64,000 bases of DNA from a virus (Duplodnaviria > Caudoviricetes): the IMG/VR virus record IMGVR_UViG_3300027730_000005. The stretch is one strand, 5' to 3'. Positions 56,786 to 64,000 of the stretch are shown one piece after another. Position 1 is the first letter of the stretch, and each line of letters opens with the position of its first letter. The translations under genes were made by a program, and so were the position numbers. The notes under the pieces were generated by a model. That model saw nothing but the letters and a program-made list of their open reading frames with translations. It was not told where the DNA came from and searched no databases.

Positions 56786-57699
56786 GACTCTCTGTGCAGG
56801 TCTAAGGTGACACAATGAAACCCGCCGCCTAATGTTCGACTATGGCGAAGTTGCATAGGTACAACTGTGAATTGATTCTTTTCCAGGAAATCAATTAACA
56901 TGGGTTGATTCTGATCTACAACTACTGTGTATGGATTTACTACCAGCATATTCAATGCTATCCATTTAGATGCATATGGATATTGGAAGAACCCTTGTTC
57001 TTCCACGTGATTGCAATAGATGACTTCCCAGTCTTTTAACACTCGTGGTAAGTTTCCTGGAGTGACTCTACTGCCGTTGACTAATACCAATCCTTCACGT
57101 AACGGAACTATGGTTGAATCAATATGTACTCCTGCGTAGAAATTAACCAATTCAATATCTACTGTTGGAAATTGATTACATAACCAATCATATGCAGCGC
57201 GATTGCCTGATGCAGATTCTAAGAAAATCCATTTGTCATTTAGTCGTGCTATGTTGGCAGCATCCAGAGTCATACCCACATGTCTGGGCATGAATAGATA
57301 ATTATCAGCAGCATCTGCTATATCACGATAGCATTCAATTTCCATATCTCTGCAAGGATACATCATGGCTGGATTCACAATGGTATTACCGTATACCAAC
57401 AATCGATCTCTAGGACAATAGTTATACATGCCATCGTGTTCTTGAAAATCAAGATCATCCGGGCGAAACACTTCTACATTCAATGATCGTAAAACCCCAG
57501 CTAATGCATCAAGGTCTTCATTGGCTTCTTTAATGATCCAGTCTGGCACTGGTCCCGACGGTAATGGAGTTTCTTTCCATAACGTTCTTTCACTTTCGCT
57601 GCGGAACACTGGATCTTTTGTTGGCCAATTGGCATGGTCAGCACGCCCTACTACTACGGATCGCAATGTATCCCATTCATTGAAACTGTGTATCTTCAT
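56782..57699 (-). CDS. Amidinotransferase (glycine/inosamine-phosphate type)
   Basis: NEWD.L..VVVG, CPRD, HIDST, TLGGGFHCVTLD. Confidence 0.88.
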   Translation of the reverse strand: MKIHSFNEWDTLRSVVVGRADHANWPTKDPVFRSESERTLWKETPLPSGPVPDWIIKEANEDLDALAGVLRSLNVEVFRPDDLDFQEHDGMYNYCPRDRLLVYGNTIVNPAMMYPCRDMEIECYRDIADAADNYLFMPRHVGMTLDAANIARLNDKWIFLESASGNRAAYDWLCNQFPTVDIELVNFYAGVHIDSTIVPLREGLVLVNGSRVTPGNLPRVLKDWEVIYCNHVEEQGFFQYPYASKWIALNMLVVNPYTVVVDQNQPMLIDFLEKNQFTVVPMQLRHSRTLGGGFHCVTLDLHRES

Positions 57700-58217
57700 A
57701 CGGTTCCGGTAAGTTGTAATGTATATCTATCAGTTTGTCCCATGTTAGCTGCCAAGTGTAAAAAATCATCACGCCAGCTTACCCAATCACCGGCACGCCA
57801 GCCAGTAAACGGTTGTCCATTCATTTCCAAGTAATGCCCACTGGCCCAGTCCTCCATGAATACAATGGTGCGTACCACATTGTGGGTGGTTTCTAATCCA
57901 TGTATCAGCTTGAATCTATCATATGTATCTCTATGTGCAGGCAATACACTTCCTGGAGGCATACGATAAAAACTCCAACCAAATCGTTCAAATGGAAATA
58001 TTGTTTGGAACGGTGTTATCCAGTCTGGTTCGACTTGTTTCATGTCATACATGTCACCGGTGAATCTAGTTTGTGTATAACCTAATCTGCGCCACTCACG
58101 CAATGCGTAAGTGTCATTGAACTGCTGGTTGATGTAGTTGAGATCGCGATGTCGTAGATCCCACCAAGGATCTACATGCCCTTGCGCCCAAGCATTATTT
58201 GTTGCGAGTGTTTCCAT
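57696..58217 (-). CDS. 2OG-Fe(II) oxygenase/cupin-fold protein
   Basis: PPGSVLPAHRD...HLAANMG...RYTLQLTG (HxD...H). Confidence 0.75.
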   Translation of the reverse strand: METLATNNAWAQGHVDPWWDLRHRDLNYINQQFNDTYALREWRRLGYTQTRFTGDMYDMKQVEPDWITPFQTIFPFERFGWSFYRMPPGSVLPAHRDTYDRFKLIHGLETTHNVVRTIVFMEDWASGHYLEMNGQPFTGWRAGDWVSWRDDFLHLAANMGQTDRYTLQLTGTV

Positions 58218-59433
58218 AATGGACCACGGTTAGTCCTTCGACATTGGATAGTTTACGCCATGGATCAATGATCACTGATCCTTTGGGTATTTCACAATAA
58301 GGTTGTGTTTCAGGTTGATCACCGGTGTATTCATATGTGATTTTACGATTGTGTGCCCACAAAATAACAGCAGGGCCTGCTAGCTCTGAGATTACTTCTT
58401 TAGGATCATCTGCCAATGGGTCAAGATACCTGACACTAAACCCTGCTTCTTTGATATAGTGACCAACCAATGTAGAATATGATCCAATACAATACGGAAC
58501 ATCGGGCTTGTATGCTTTACCATGAATCACTATGCTCATTCCAAGTTGTTTGGCATACTTTACTAAAAACAATGCCAGATTCTTTGCTTGAATTTCTCGA
58601 GCATGCATCACAGTATCAAACAAGTCGTATCCAATGTCATACTCCTTGGCCAACCAACGCAAAGCAATGTTGTCGCGTGGGTGGCAGGCACCTGCATCAC
58701 CCATACCTGCAGTCATGTATTTTGGCCCCATAATACGCATGGTGCTACGTGCTAATGCATTTGTAACAACGTCCACATTGATGTGACCAATTTTCATAGC
58801 AAAGTCTTGCACCATGTTTACCAATCCTACTTTGGCTGAAATAAATGTGTTGTAGAAGATCTTAACTGCTTCGCATTCGTCCCAGGTACCAATTTCGTAA
58901 CGTGGATCGTTTTGCATCACAGTGTCGTAGAGATCCTTAAGTTCACCCGCAATGCCATTCCAGTCACCGTCTTCAGTACCAATCATAATCATTTCAGGAT
59001 TAACCATATCCCACTTTACAGATCCCATGGCAATGAGATAAGGGTTGTAAAGGAACTGATGTATTGGATCTAGCAATGGCACAAAATTTCTACGTGTGGT
59101 TCCTGGTAACACTGTACTGATCAATACCACTTTCTTGGAACTACGGGCATGCTGGTTGATTTTGTGAATAGCATCAATCACTGCGTCGTGCCCAAAATCT
59201 CGAGGTTCCATATGGCTTGATGGCACAGAGCCATCATACCCATCAGCATGAGGAGTTGGTACAGCAATAAAAATCCATTCGCTTTCGTTGATCAATTCAT
59301 CAATATCGCAAACTTTTACTGAGTCACTGGTTCGTGGGTAAATATCATAGCCTCTGACTTCATGCTTCTCAGCCATGACTTCAGCGCAATCCAATCCCAG
59401 TTTTCCAATGCCAATAAAACCAATTTTCTTCAT
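58195..59433 (-). CDS. ugd: UDP-glucose/GDP-mannose dehydrogenase family protein
   Basis: GFIGIGKLG, FIAVPTP, ISTVLPGT, KIFYNTF, GACHPRD. Confidence 0.88.
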   Translation of the reverse strand: MKKIGFIGIGKLGLDCAEVMAEKHEVRGYDIYPRTSDSVKVCDIDELINESEWIFIAVPTPHADGYDGSVPSSHMEPRDFGHDAVIDAIHKINQHARSSKKVVLISTVLPGTTRRNFVPLLDPIHQFLYNPYLIAMGSVKWDMVNPEMIMIGTEDGDWNGIAGELKDLYDTVMQNDPRYEIGTWDECEAVKIFYNTFISAKVGLVNMVQDFAMKIGHINVDVVTNALARSTMRIMGPKYMTAGMGDAGACHPRDNIALRWLAKEYDIGYDLFDTVMHAREIQAKNLALFLVKYAKQLGMSIVIHGKAYKPDVPYCIGSYSTLVGHYIKEAGFSVRYLDPLADDPKEVISELAGPAVILWAHNRKITYEYTGDQPETQPYCEIPKGSVIIDPWRKLSNVEGLTVVHYGNTRNK

Positions 59434-60774
59434 ATGAATATTCCTTTAGATAATCTTTATCATTGGGTGCAAGGCCTAGTACAACATCCAATGATACTTT
59501 ATGTATTCCGTCCACATGGCAGCAAAGATATTTTTAATCTAACTCAGTTTGAAAACTATCCAGCCATAACATATCTATTAGACATAGCGCCAGTGGTTAT
59601 CTGCCATGACCAGGAACCATTAAATTTCAACGACCATAAATTTAATTTTGATCTTGATCGAATCAAACAGTTGTTATTACATAGAGGTCGTAACAGAAAT
59701 GAGTTAAATATTCCAATAGAATTTTATTCTCATTTATCGTCATTTCCTAATTTTAATCCAAATTGGCTCAGAGCGGCCATTGGTCATAATGATTGGTTTA
59801 TACTGTTACATAGTGAAAAGAATAGTTTGGATGTTGAGCAGTTTTCGCATGTGGGATTTGTTCCAGTTTACTATTGGAGTCATGCCATGATTGCCAGAGA
59901 TTGGTACAGATTTGCCCAACACGATAAGAGACTGACTCAGAAAAAAATACAAAAAACTTTTCTTGTGTATTGCAGAGACTGGATGCCACGTCGTGAATAT
60001 AGATTAAAATTTCTTGATTTATTAGTAAACGCCGATTTAATCAATGACTGTAACATCAGCACTCAACACGTAAACAATCAAGGTGTGCATCTTAAAGATT
60101 ATGTTGCCAAAGATTCAAGATTTGCCATTGATACAAAACGTCTTGAGATTATACCCGACAACAATGTCAGCTCAAACGCTAGTGCTGACTACGATGTAAC
60201 TGACATAAATGCCACTGCTATCAGTGTGGTGTTAGAAACAGTAGTAGATGATAAGATTCATCTGACAGAAAAGATATTCAGACCCATTGCCTGCGCACAC
60301 CCGTTTGTGCTAGTAGCGGGCCCTGGATCACTGGCATATCTTAGAAGTTATGGATTTAAGACATTTGATTCTGTGTTTGATGAAAGTTATGATCAACAAA
60401 CCGATACTGTTAAACGATTAGAAATGGTTGTTCAACTCATGCAAAACATACAACAACTGACTGAGGCAGATTGGAGAGAAATCAATGACATTGCTGCATA
60501 TAATAAACAACATTTTTTCAGCGATTCATTTGTAAATCAAGTTAAGGTCGAATTACAAACAAATCTCAATGGCGCAGTAGAATTCTGTCTTGAAAACCGT
60601 GGTGACACCTGGTGGAGATGGCGGAAGATTTTAAGACGCACAAGACAACTTTATCAACTTGCTATTTTTAAATCTGACTTAGATAAGAATACCATTCGCG
60701 AATTAAGAAAACATAGATTACGAAAATCGCAGAATAACCCCAGTCCAGTCGTCCCCAAGGGTTTGGGTCTTTAG
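59434..60774 (+). CDS. Glycosyltransferase-like protein (third TEK..RP family member)
   Basis: SVVLET...TEKIFRPI...PFVLVAG...GFKTF..VFDESYD; start MNIPLD inferred. Confidence 0.55.
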   Translation: MNIPLDNLYHWVQGLVQHPMILYVFRPHGSKDIFNLTQFENYPAITYLLDIAPVVICHDQEPLNFNDHKFNFDLDRIKQLLLHRGRNRNELNIPIEFYSHLSSFPNFNPNWLRAAIGHNDWFILLHSEKNSLDVEQFSHVGFVPVYYWSHAMIARDWYRFAQHDKRLTQKKIQKTFLVYCRDWMPRREYRLKFLDLLVNADLINDCNISTQHVNNQGVHLKDYVAKDSRFAIDTKRLEIIPDNNVSSNASADYDVTDINATAISVVLETVVDDKIHLTEKIFRPIACAHPFVLVAGPGSLAYLRSYGFKTFDSVFDESYDQQTDTVKRLEMVVQLMQNIQQLTEADWREINDIAAYNKQHFFSDSFVNQVKVELQTNLNGAVEFCLENRGDTWWRWRKILRRTRQLYQLAIFKSDLDKNTIRELRKHRLRKSQNNPSPVVPKGLGL

Positions 60775-61071
60775 ATCTTGAATACGTTCAATTAACACAG
60801 TATAAAAAGTGTCAAGTTCGCCATTCCATTTGCCTCGAAGATGCTCCACAGCATCTTCACAATATTTCCAATTGCGCTTGCGATACTCTTTTAATAGATT
60901 ACTGTGCAATTCTTTGAATGTGTCCAAACTAAGCATTTCCATCAATGTTACTCGTTCAACCAGTGCGTAGGTAGTGGTCAGTTGTTGATCCACTTGAAAT
61001 GTGTCTAGTTCTAATACTATGTATTTTTCTCGGGCTTGTTGTGCTGCCAGGTTGCCAAATATTATGTTCAT
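60718..61071 (-). CDS. Conserved hypothetical protein
   Basis: KYIVLELDTF; SD AAGGA. Confidence 0.65.
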   Translation of the reverse strand: MNIIFGNLAAQQAREKYIVLELDTFQVDQQLTTTYALVERVTLMEMLSLDTFKELHSNLLKEYRKRNWKYCEDAVEHLRGKWNGELDTFYTVLIERIQDLKTQTLGDDWTGVILRFS

Positions 61072-61095
61072 GTGTAATCCTTTTAAATATGTATC

Positions 61096-61899
61096 ATGAG
61101 CATGACATTTGATTTAATTTCAGATCTACATCTGGAAACATGGCCCGGGGAATTTGATTGGTCCGGGCAACCTACTAGCCCGGTGTGTGTAGTAGCTGGA
61201 GACATAAGTTCAGATCCTAGAATAGTGAGAAACTGTTTGAAACATCTGGCCAATTGTTATGCGGCTGTGTTTTACATAGACGGTAATGACGAGCATACCT
61301 ATAACTATCACAGAATAGGTCAAAGCTATCAAGAATTAGCTCGCAGTATTAATCGATTACATCGAGTCACATATCTTCAAGACAATGTGGTTGTAATTGA
61401 CGGTGTGGCTATATTGGGTACTAATGGATGGTGGGGATACGATCTAGATGAAAATATCAACAGAGACGATTGTAAACAACACATGACCGATTGGTACGCC
61501 AAGAAAATGCCTGGATTTAAAATAAATCCTGAAGAAATCAGTGACATGTCCAGACGTGATGTAGCTTATCTGGTCAACAGTGTGCAACGATTACAAACAC
61601 ACAATGATGTAAAAAAGATTGTGATTGTAACACATACTGTGCCTGGTGCGCATTTGATACAACATGATATAGAATTAGCAAATACCACACAGTTTAATCA
61701 CATGGGCAATAGACTCATGCATCTAGTGCATACCAATGATACTGAACGCAAAATAAACACCTGGTGCTTTGGCCACTATCATGGTAATGTGGACAAAACT
61801 ATAGAAGGTATAAGATTTGTAAACAATTGCCGAGGGCGCGGCGACACATCTTATCGGCAAGATGTTTACTTTCCCAAACGCATAGAAATAAAAACTTAA
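61096..61899 (+). CDS. Calcineurin-like metallophosphoesterase
   Basis: ISDLHL, AGDI, DGNDEH, THTVP, FGHYH. Confidence 0.85.
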   Translation: MSMTFDLISDLHLETWPGEFDWSGQPTSPVCVVAGDISSDPRIVRNCLKHLANCYAAVFYIDGNDEHTYNYHRIGQSYQELARSINRLHRVTYLQDNVVVIDGVAILGTNGWWGYDLDENINRDDCKQHMTDWYAKKMPGFKINPEEISDMSRRDVAYLVNSVQRLQTHNDVKKIVIVTHTVPGAHLIQHDIELANTTQFNHMGNRLMHLVHTNDTERKINTWCFGHYHGNVDKTIEGIRFVNNCRGRGDTSYRQDVYFPKRIEIKT

Positions 61900-61900
61900 T

Positions 61901-62209
61901 TTATTTAGAATCAGGCTCTAGCTTGATTTGCAAAGGAAAATCTTGCTCACGTGCGCTTTCGTTTACTTCATACTTTTTTTGCTCAGCAATTTCAAACGGC
62001 AATACTGCTACAATAGCTTGACCATTTTCATGTATGCTCACTGTCAACTGTGTAGCTGTTTCAATGGTATAGTCAAAAAACTCTACTAGACTTTCTACTA
62101 CAAATTCCATAGTAGTAGTGTTATCATTGATATAAATCACACGATAAAGAGGCGGCTCTTTGATGGCTTTTTTAGTTCGGATAATGGTTGCTGCTTCTGC
62201 GTTTGACAT
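61901..62209 (-). CDS. clpS: ClpS N-degron adaptor
   Basis: PPLYRVIYINDNTTTMEFVV..L...IHENGQAIVA. Confidence 0.88.
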   Translation of the reverse strand: MSNAEAATIIRTKKAIKEPPLYRVIYINDNTTTMEFVVESLVEFFDYTIETATQLTVSIHENGQAIVAVLPFEIAEQKKYEVNESAREQDFPLQIKLEPDSK

Positions 62210-62264
62210 ATGGTTCCTATTGGAGTGGTAGGATAATTCCTACCACTGTATTTACACAATTATA

Positions 62265-62711
62265 TTACACAGTGTATGTGATTGCAATGCTCTTCGGCTT
62301 GGCTGATTCAGGAACTTTACGCTCCAAGTATACAGTCAAGATACCATCTTTGATGGCTGCACCATTGACTTCCACGTGTTCGGCAAGCGGAAATGTTTGC
62401 TTGAACTCACGGCTAGAAATACCACGATGTAGATATTCATGCTCAACGCTGTCATTGCGCTTTTTATTACCAGTTACGGTAAGCAATCGCTTGTCCAAAC
62501 TGATATCAATTTCGCCTTCAGAAAATCCTGCCACTGCGACTTCAATTGTGACTGTGTCGTCACCAGTTTTAATCACATTGTGTGGAGGATAGTTGGTTGA
62601 GCTTTGAGTTTGTGTTACACGCATCAGATCGTCAAACAGATTGTCAAAACCAATTCCAAATTTGTTGAATGCGGGGATATCGAAACTACGAAGGTGTAGA
62701 GTTTTTGTCAT
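62265..62711 (-). CDS. Small heat shock protein Hsp20 (IbpA-like)
   Basis: NYPPHNVI, IEVAVAGF, YLHRGIS.R.F...F.LAEHVEV..A..KDGIL. Confidence 0.93.
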   Translation of the reverse strand: MTKTLHLRSFDIPAFNKFGIGFDNLFDDLMRVTQTQSSTNYPPHNVIKTGDDTVTIEVAVAGFSEGEIDISLDKRLLTVTGNKKRNDSVEHEYLHRGISSREFKQTFPLAEHVEVNGAAIKDGILTVYLERKVPESAKPKSIAITYTV

Positions 62712-62776
62712 GTTGTTTCTCCTTTAATAAGCAAGTATGACTGAATAATGTAGACCCCACCATGGGCATCTACAAA
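62712..62776 (-). promoter_or_regulatory. ROSE-like RNA thermometer 5'UTR of hsp20
   Basis: CUUGCUU-AUUA-AAGGAG with bulged G, plus upstream hairpin GUAGAUGCCC/GGGGUCUAC. Confidence 0.75.
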
Positions 62777-62778
62777 TG

Positions 62779-62809
62779 TATTTATACAAGAAATCTCAGT
62801 GGCCGTCAA
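62779..62809 (-). promoter_or_regulatory. Composite sigma70/late promoter of hsp20
   Basis: TTGACG-N17-TATAAA, extending to TATAAATA. Confidence 0.7.
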
Positions 62810-63032
62810 GTTTCATTGGCTCAATTACTCTATACTTTCTAAGATATTCATATGGTGGATTCCAGCTTAGAGCAAAAAAACTATAAAGTTCGTCGGATGC
62901 AAATACCACACGGGTTACATTTTTGACTGTTTTGGTCTGATAAGGTATATCGTATTTTTCTTGCCACTTATCTAATGCATCTTGAATATCATTCAAGTGA
63001 CGAAAGTTCACAAGATCAAATGCAATATACAT
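62796..63032 (-). CDS. Small hypothetical protein, possible distant LRWS-family member
   Basis: Contains SFFALSW. Confidence 0.55.
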   Translation of the reverse strand: MYIAFDLVNFRHLNDIQDALDKWQEKYDIPYQTKTVKNVTRVVFASDELYSFFALSWNPPYEYLRKYRVIEPMKLDGH

Positions 63033-63036
63033 GACA

Positions 63037-63999
63037 TTAGTCTGTACCAGTTAGTGCAGTTGGTTTGTTCACTTGTGCAGGATCAATTTCCACACACTTG
63101 ATACCTGTGTTGGCATAGCGACGTAGATTAAACATGTGCGGAATCAATGTACGTTCCAGTTCAGAATGCAGTCCACGAGCACCAGTTTTGTTGACCAGAG
63201 TGTGTTCAGCAATAAGATCCAAAGCAGGTTCTGTGAATGTTAACTCCACTCCATCTTCTTTGAACAACCAATGATACTGTTCAATGTAGTTGTTCTTGAC
63301 TTCAGTGAGAATACGGATCAAGTCTGCTTTGCTGAGTTCTTTGAGACTAACCCAATTAGGAAAACGTCCAACAAACTCTGGAATCATTCCAAACTTTACT
63401 AGATCATCAGGAGTGGTCATGGCTAGATCTGCGTCTATGTCTGTCTTTACTTGGGCATTGAATCCAATACTTGTGCCTTGCACACGGTTCTTTACAATGC
63501 CGTCTAGTCCTACAAATGCTCCACCTGCAATAAACAAGATATTCTTGGTGTCAATTTCAATCATTTCCCCACCAGGATGTTTCCGCCCGCCCGCAGCACT
63601 CACGCGACAGATAGTACCTTCGACCATCTTTAACAAGGCCTGCTGTACACCTTCGCCGGACACATCTCGTGTGATGCTGGTGCTTTCACCTTTGCGCGAA
63701 ATTTTATCAATTTCATCCACAAACACAATACCTTTCTGTGTTTTGGCTATATCATTTCCTGATGCTGCGTACAGTCTGCTGATCAAACTCTCTACATCGT
63801 CACCAACATAACCTGCTTCTGTAATACTTGTGGCATCTGCAATAGCAAACGGTACATCAAGATATCGTGCTACACTTTTGGCCAGCAGGGTCTTGCCCGA
63901 GCCAGTGGGACCTAACATCAAGATGTTGGCTTTGTCTAGTTCTGGCTGTGTTGTGGTTTTATTGATGCGTTTGTAATGATTTACAATGGCCACCGCCAA
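63037..63999 (-). CDS. clpX: ClpX AAA+ ATPase, 5' end beyond the window
   Basis: [52 protein letters not shown]. Confidence 0.93.
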   Translation of the reverse strand: MAVAIVNHYKRINKTTTQPELDKANILMLGPTGSGKTLLAKSVARYLDVPFAIADATSITEAGYVGDDVESLISRLYAASGNDIAKTQKGIVFVDEIDKISRKGESTSITRDVSGEGVQQALLKMVEGTICRVSAAGGRKHPGGEMIEIDTKNILFIAGGAFVGLDGIVKNRVQGTSIGFNAQVKTDIDADLAMTTPDDLVKFGMIPEFVGRFPNWVSLKELSKADLIRILTEVKNNYIEQYHWLFKEDGVELTFTEPALDLIAEHTLVNKTGARGLHSELERTLIPHMFNLRRYANTGIKCVEIDPAQVNKPTALTGTD

Positions 64000-64000
64000 C

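Noticed and set aside
61063-61104. 9-bp inverted repeat across the divergent 61071/61096 starts
   Set aside because: Explained by the two similar start sequences ATGAACAT and ATGAGCAT.
1-64000. Stop-codon reassignment, tRNA/rRNA genes, introns or inteins
   Set aside because: Known proteins (ClpP, GlyA, PstS, NadE, UvsE) are full length in the standard code, and all three stops are used. No T-loop/cloverleaf or splicing motifs were recognised by eye; tRNAscan-SE was not run.

Overview
A 64-kb segment of a large T4-like (myovirus-type) phage genome, probably infecting an aquatic proteobacterium. The PstS, ErpA, IF-1 and AhpC/D proteins look betaproteobacterial, but this is inference. Most genes are on the minus strand. 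1-11.1 kb holds virion structural genes (Ig-domain baseplate-like protein, collagen-like and beta-helix fibres). 11.1-17.7 kb holds host-derived genes (erpA, Fe/Mn SOD, infA, SleB hydrolase, nadE). 17.8-32 kb is a hypervariable early region with repeated sigma70 promoter cassettes and two families of small paralogues. 32-40 kb has a radical SAM protein, two ClpP proteins, GT-like proteins and a phasin-like gene. 40.7-47.2 kb is a curli-like csgF-csgG-curlin-FecR locus with a desaturase and a CHASE2 cyclase. 47-56 kb has glyA, ahpD/ahpC, BI-1, an aldolase, an agt/plcP-like pair, pstS and uvsE. 56-64 kb has an amidinotransferase, a 2OG-Fe(II) oxygenase, ugd, clpS, hsp20 and a truncated clpX. Top leads: (1) a PlcP+Agt phospholipid-to-glycolipid remodelling pair beside a Pho-box-bearing pstS; (2) a curli/FecR/CHASE2-cyclase trans-envelope module; (3) ROSE-like RNA thermometers on hsp20 and on a phasin-like gene that also has a PhaR-like operator; (4) small-gene families whose conserved C-termini encode the Shine-Dalgarno and start of the next gene; (5) late promoters placed in hairpin loops that mask the RBS. 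No tRNA, rRNA, CRISPR array or stop-codon recoding was seen. All family assignments come from motif recognition by eye, with no database searches.
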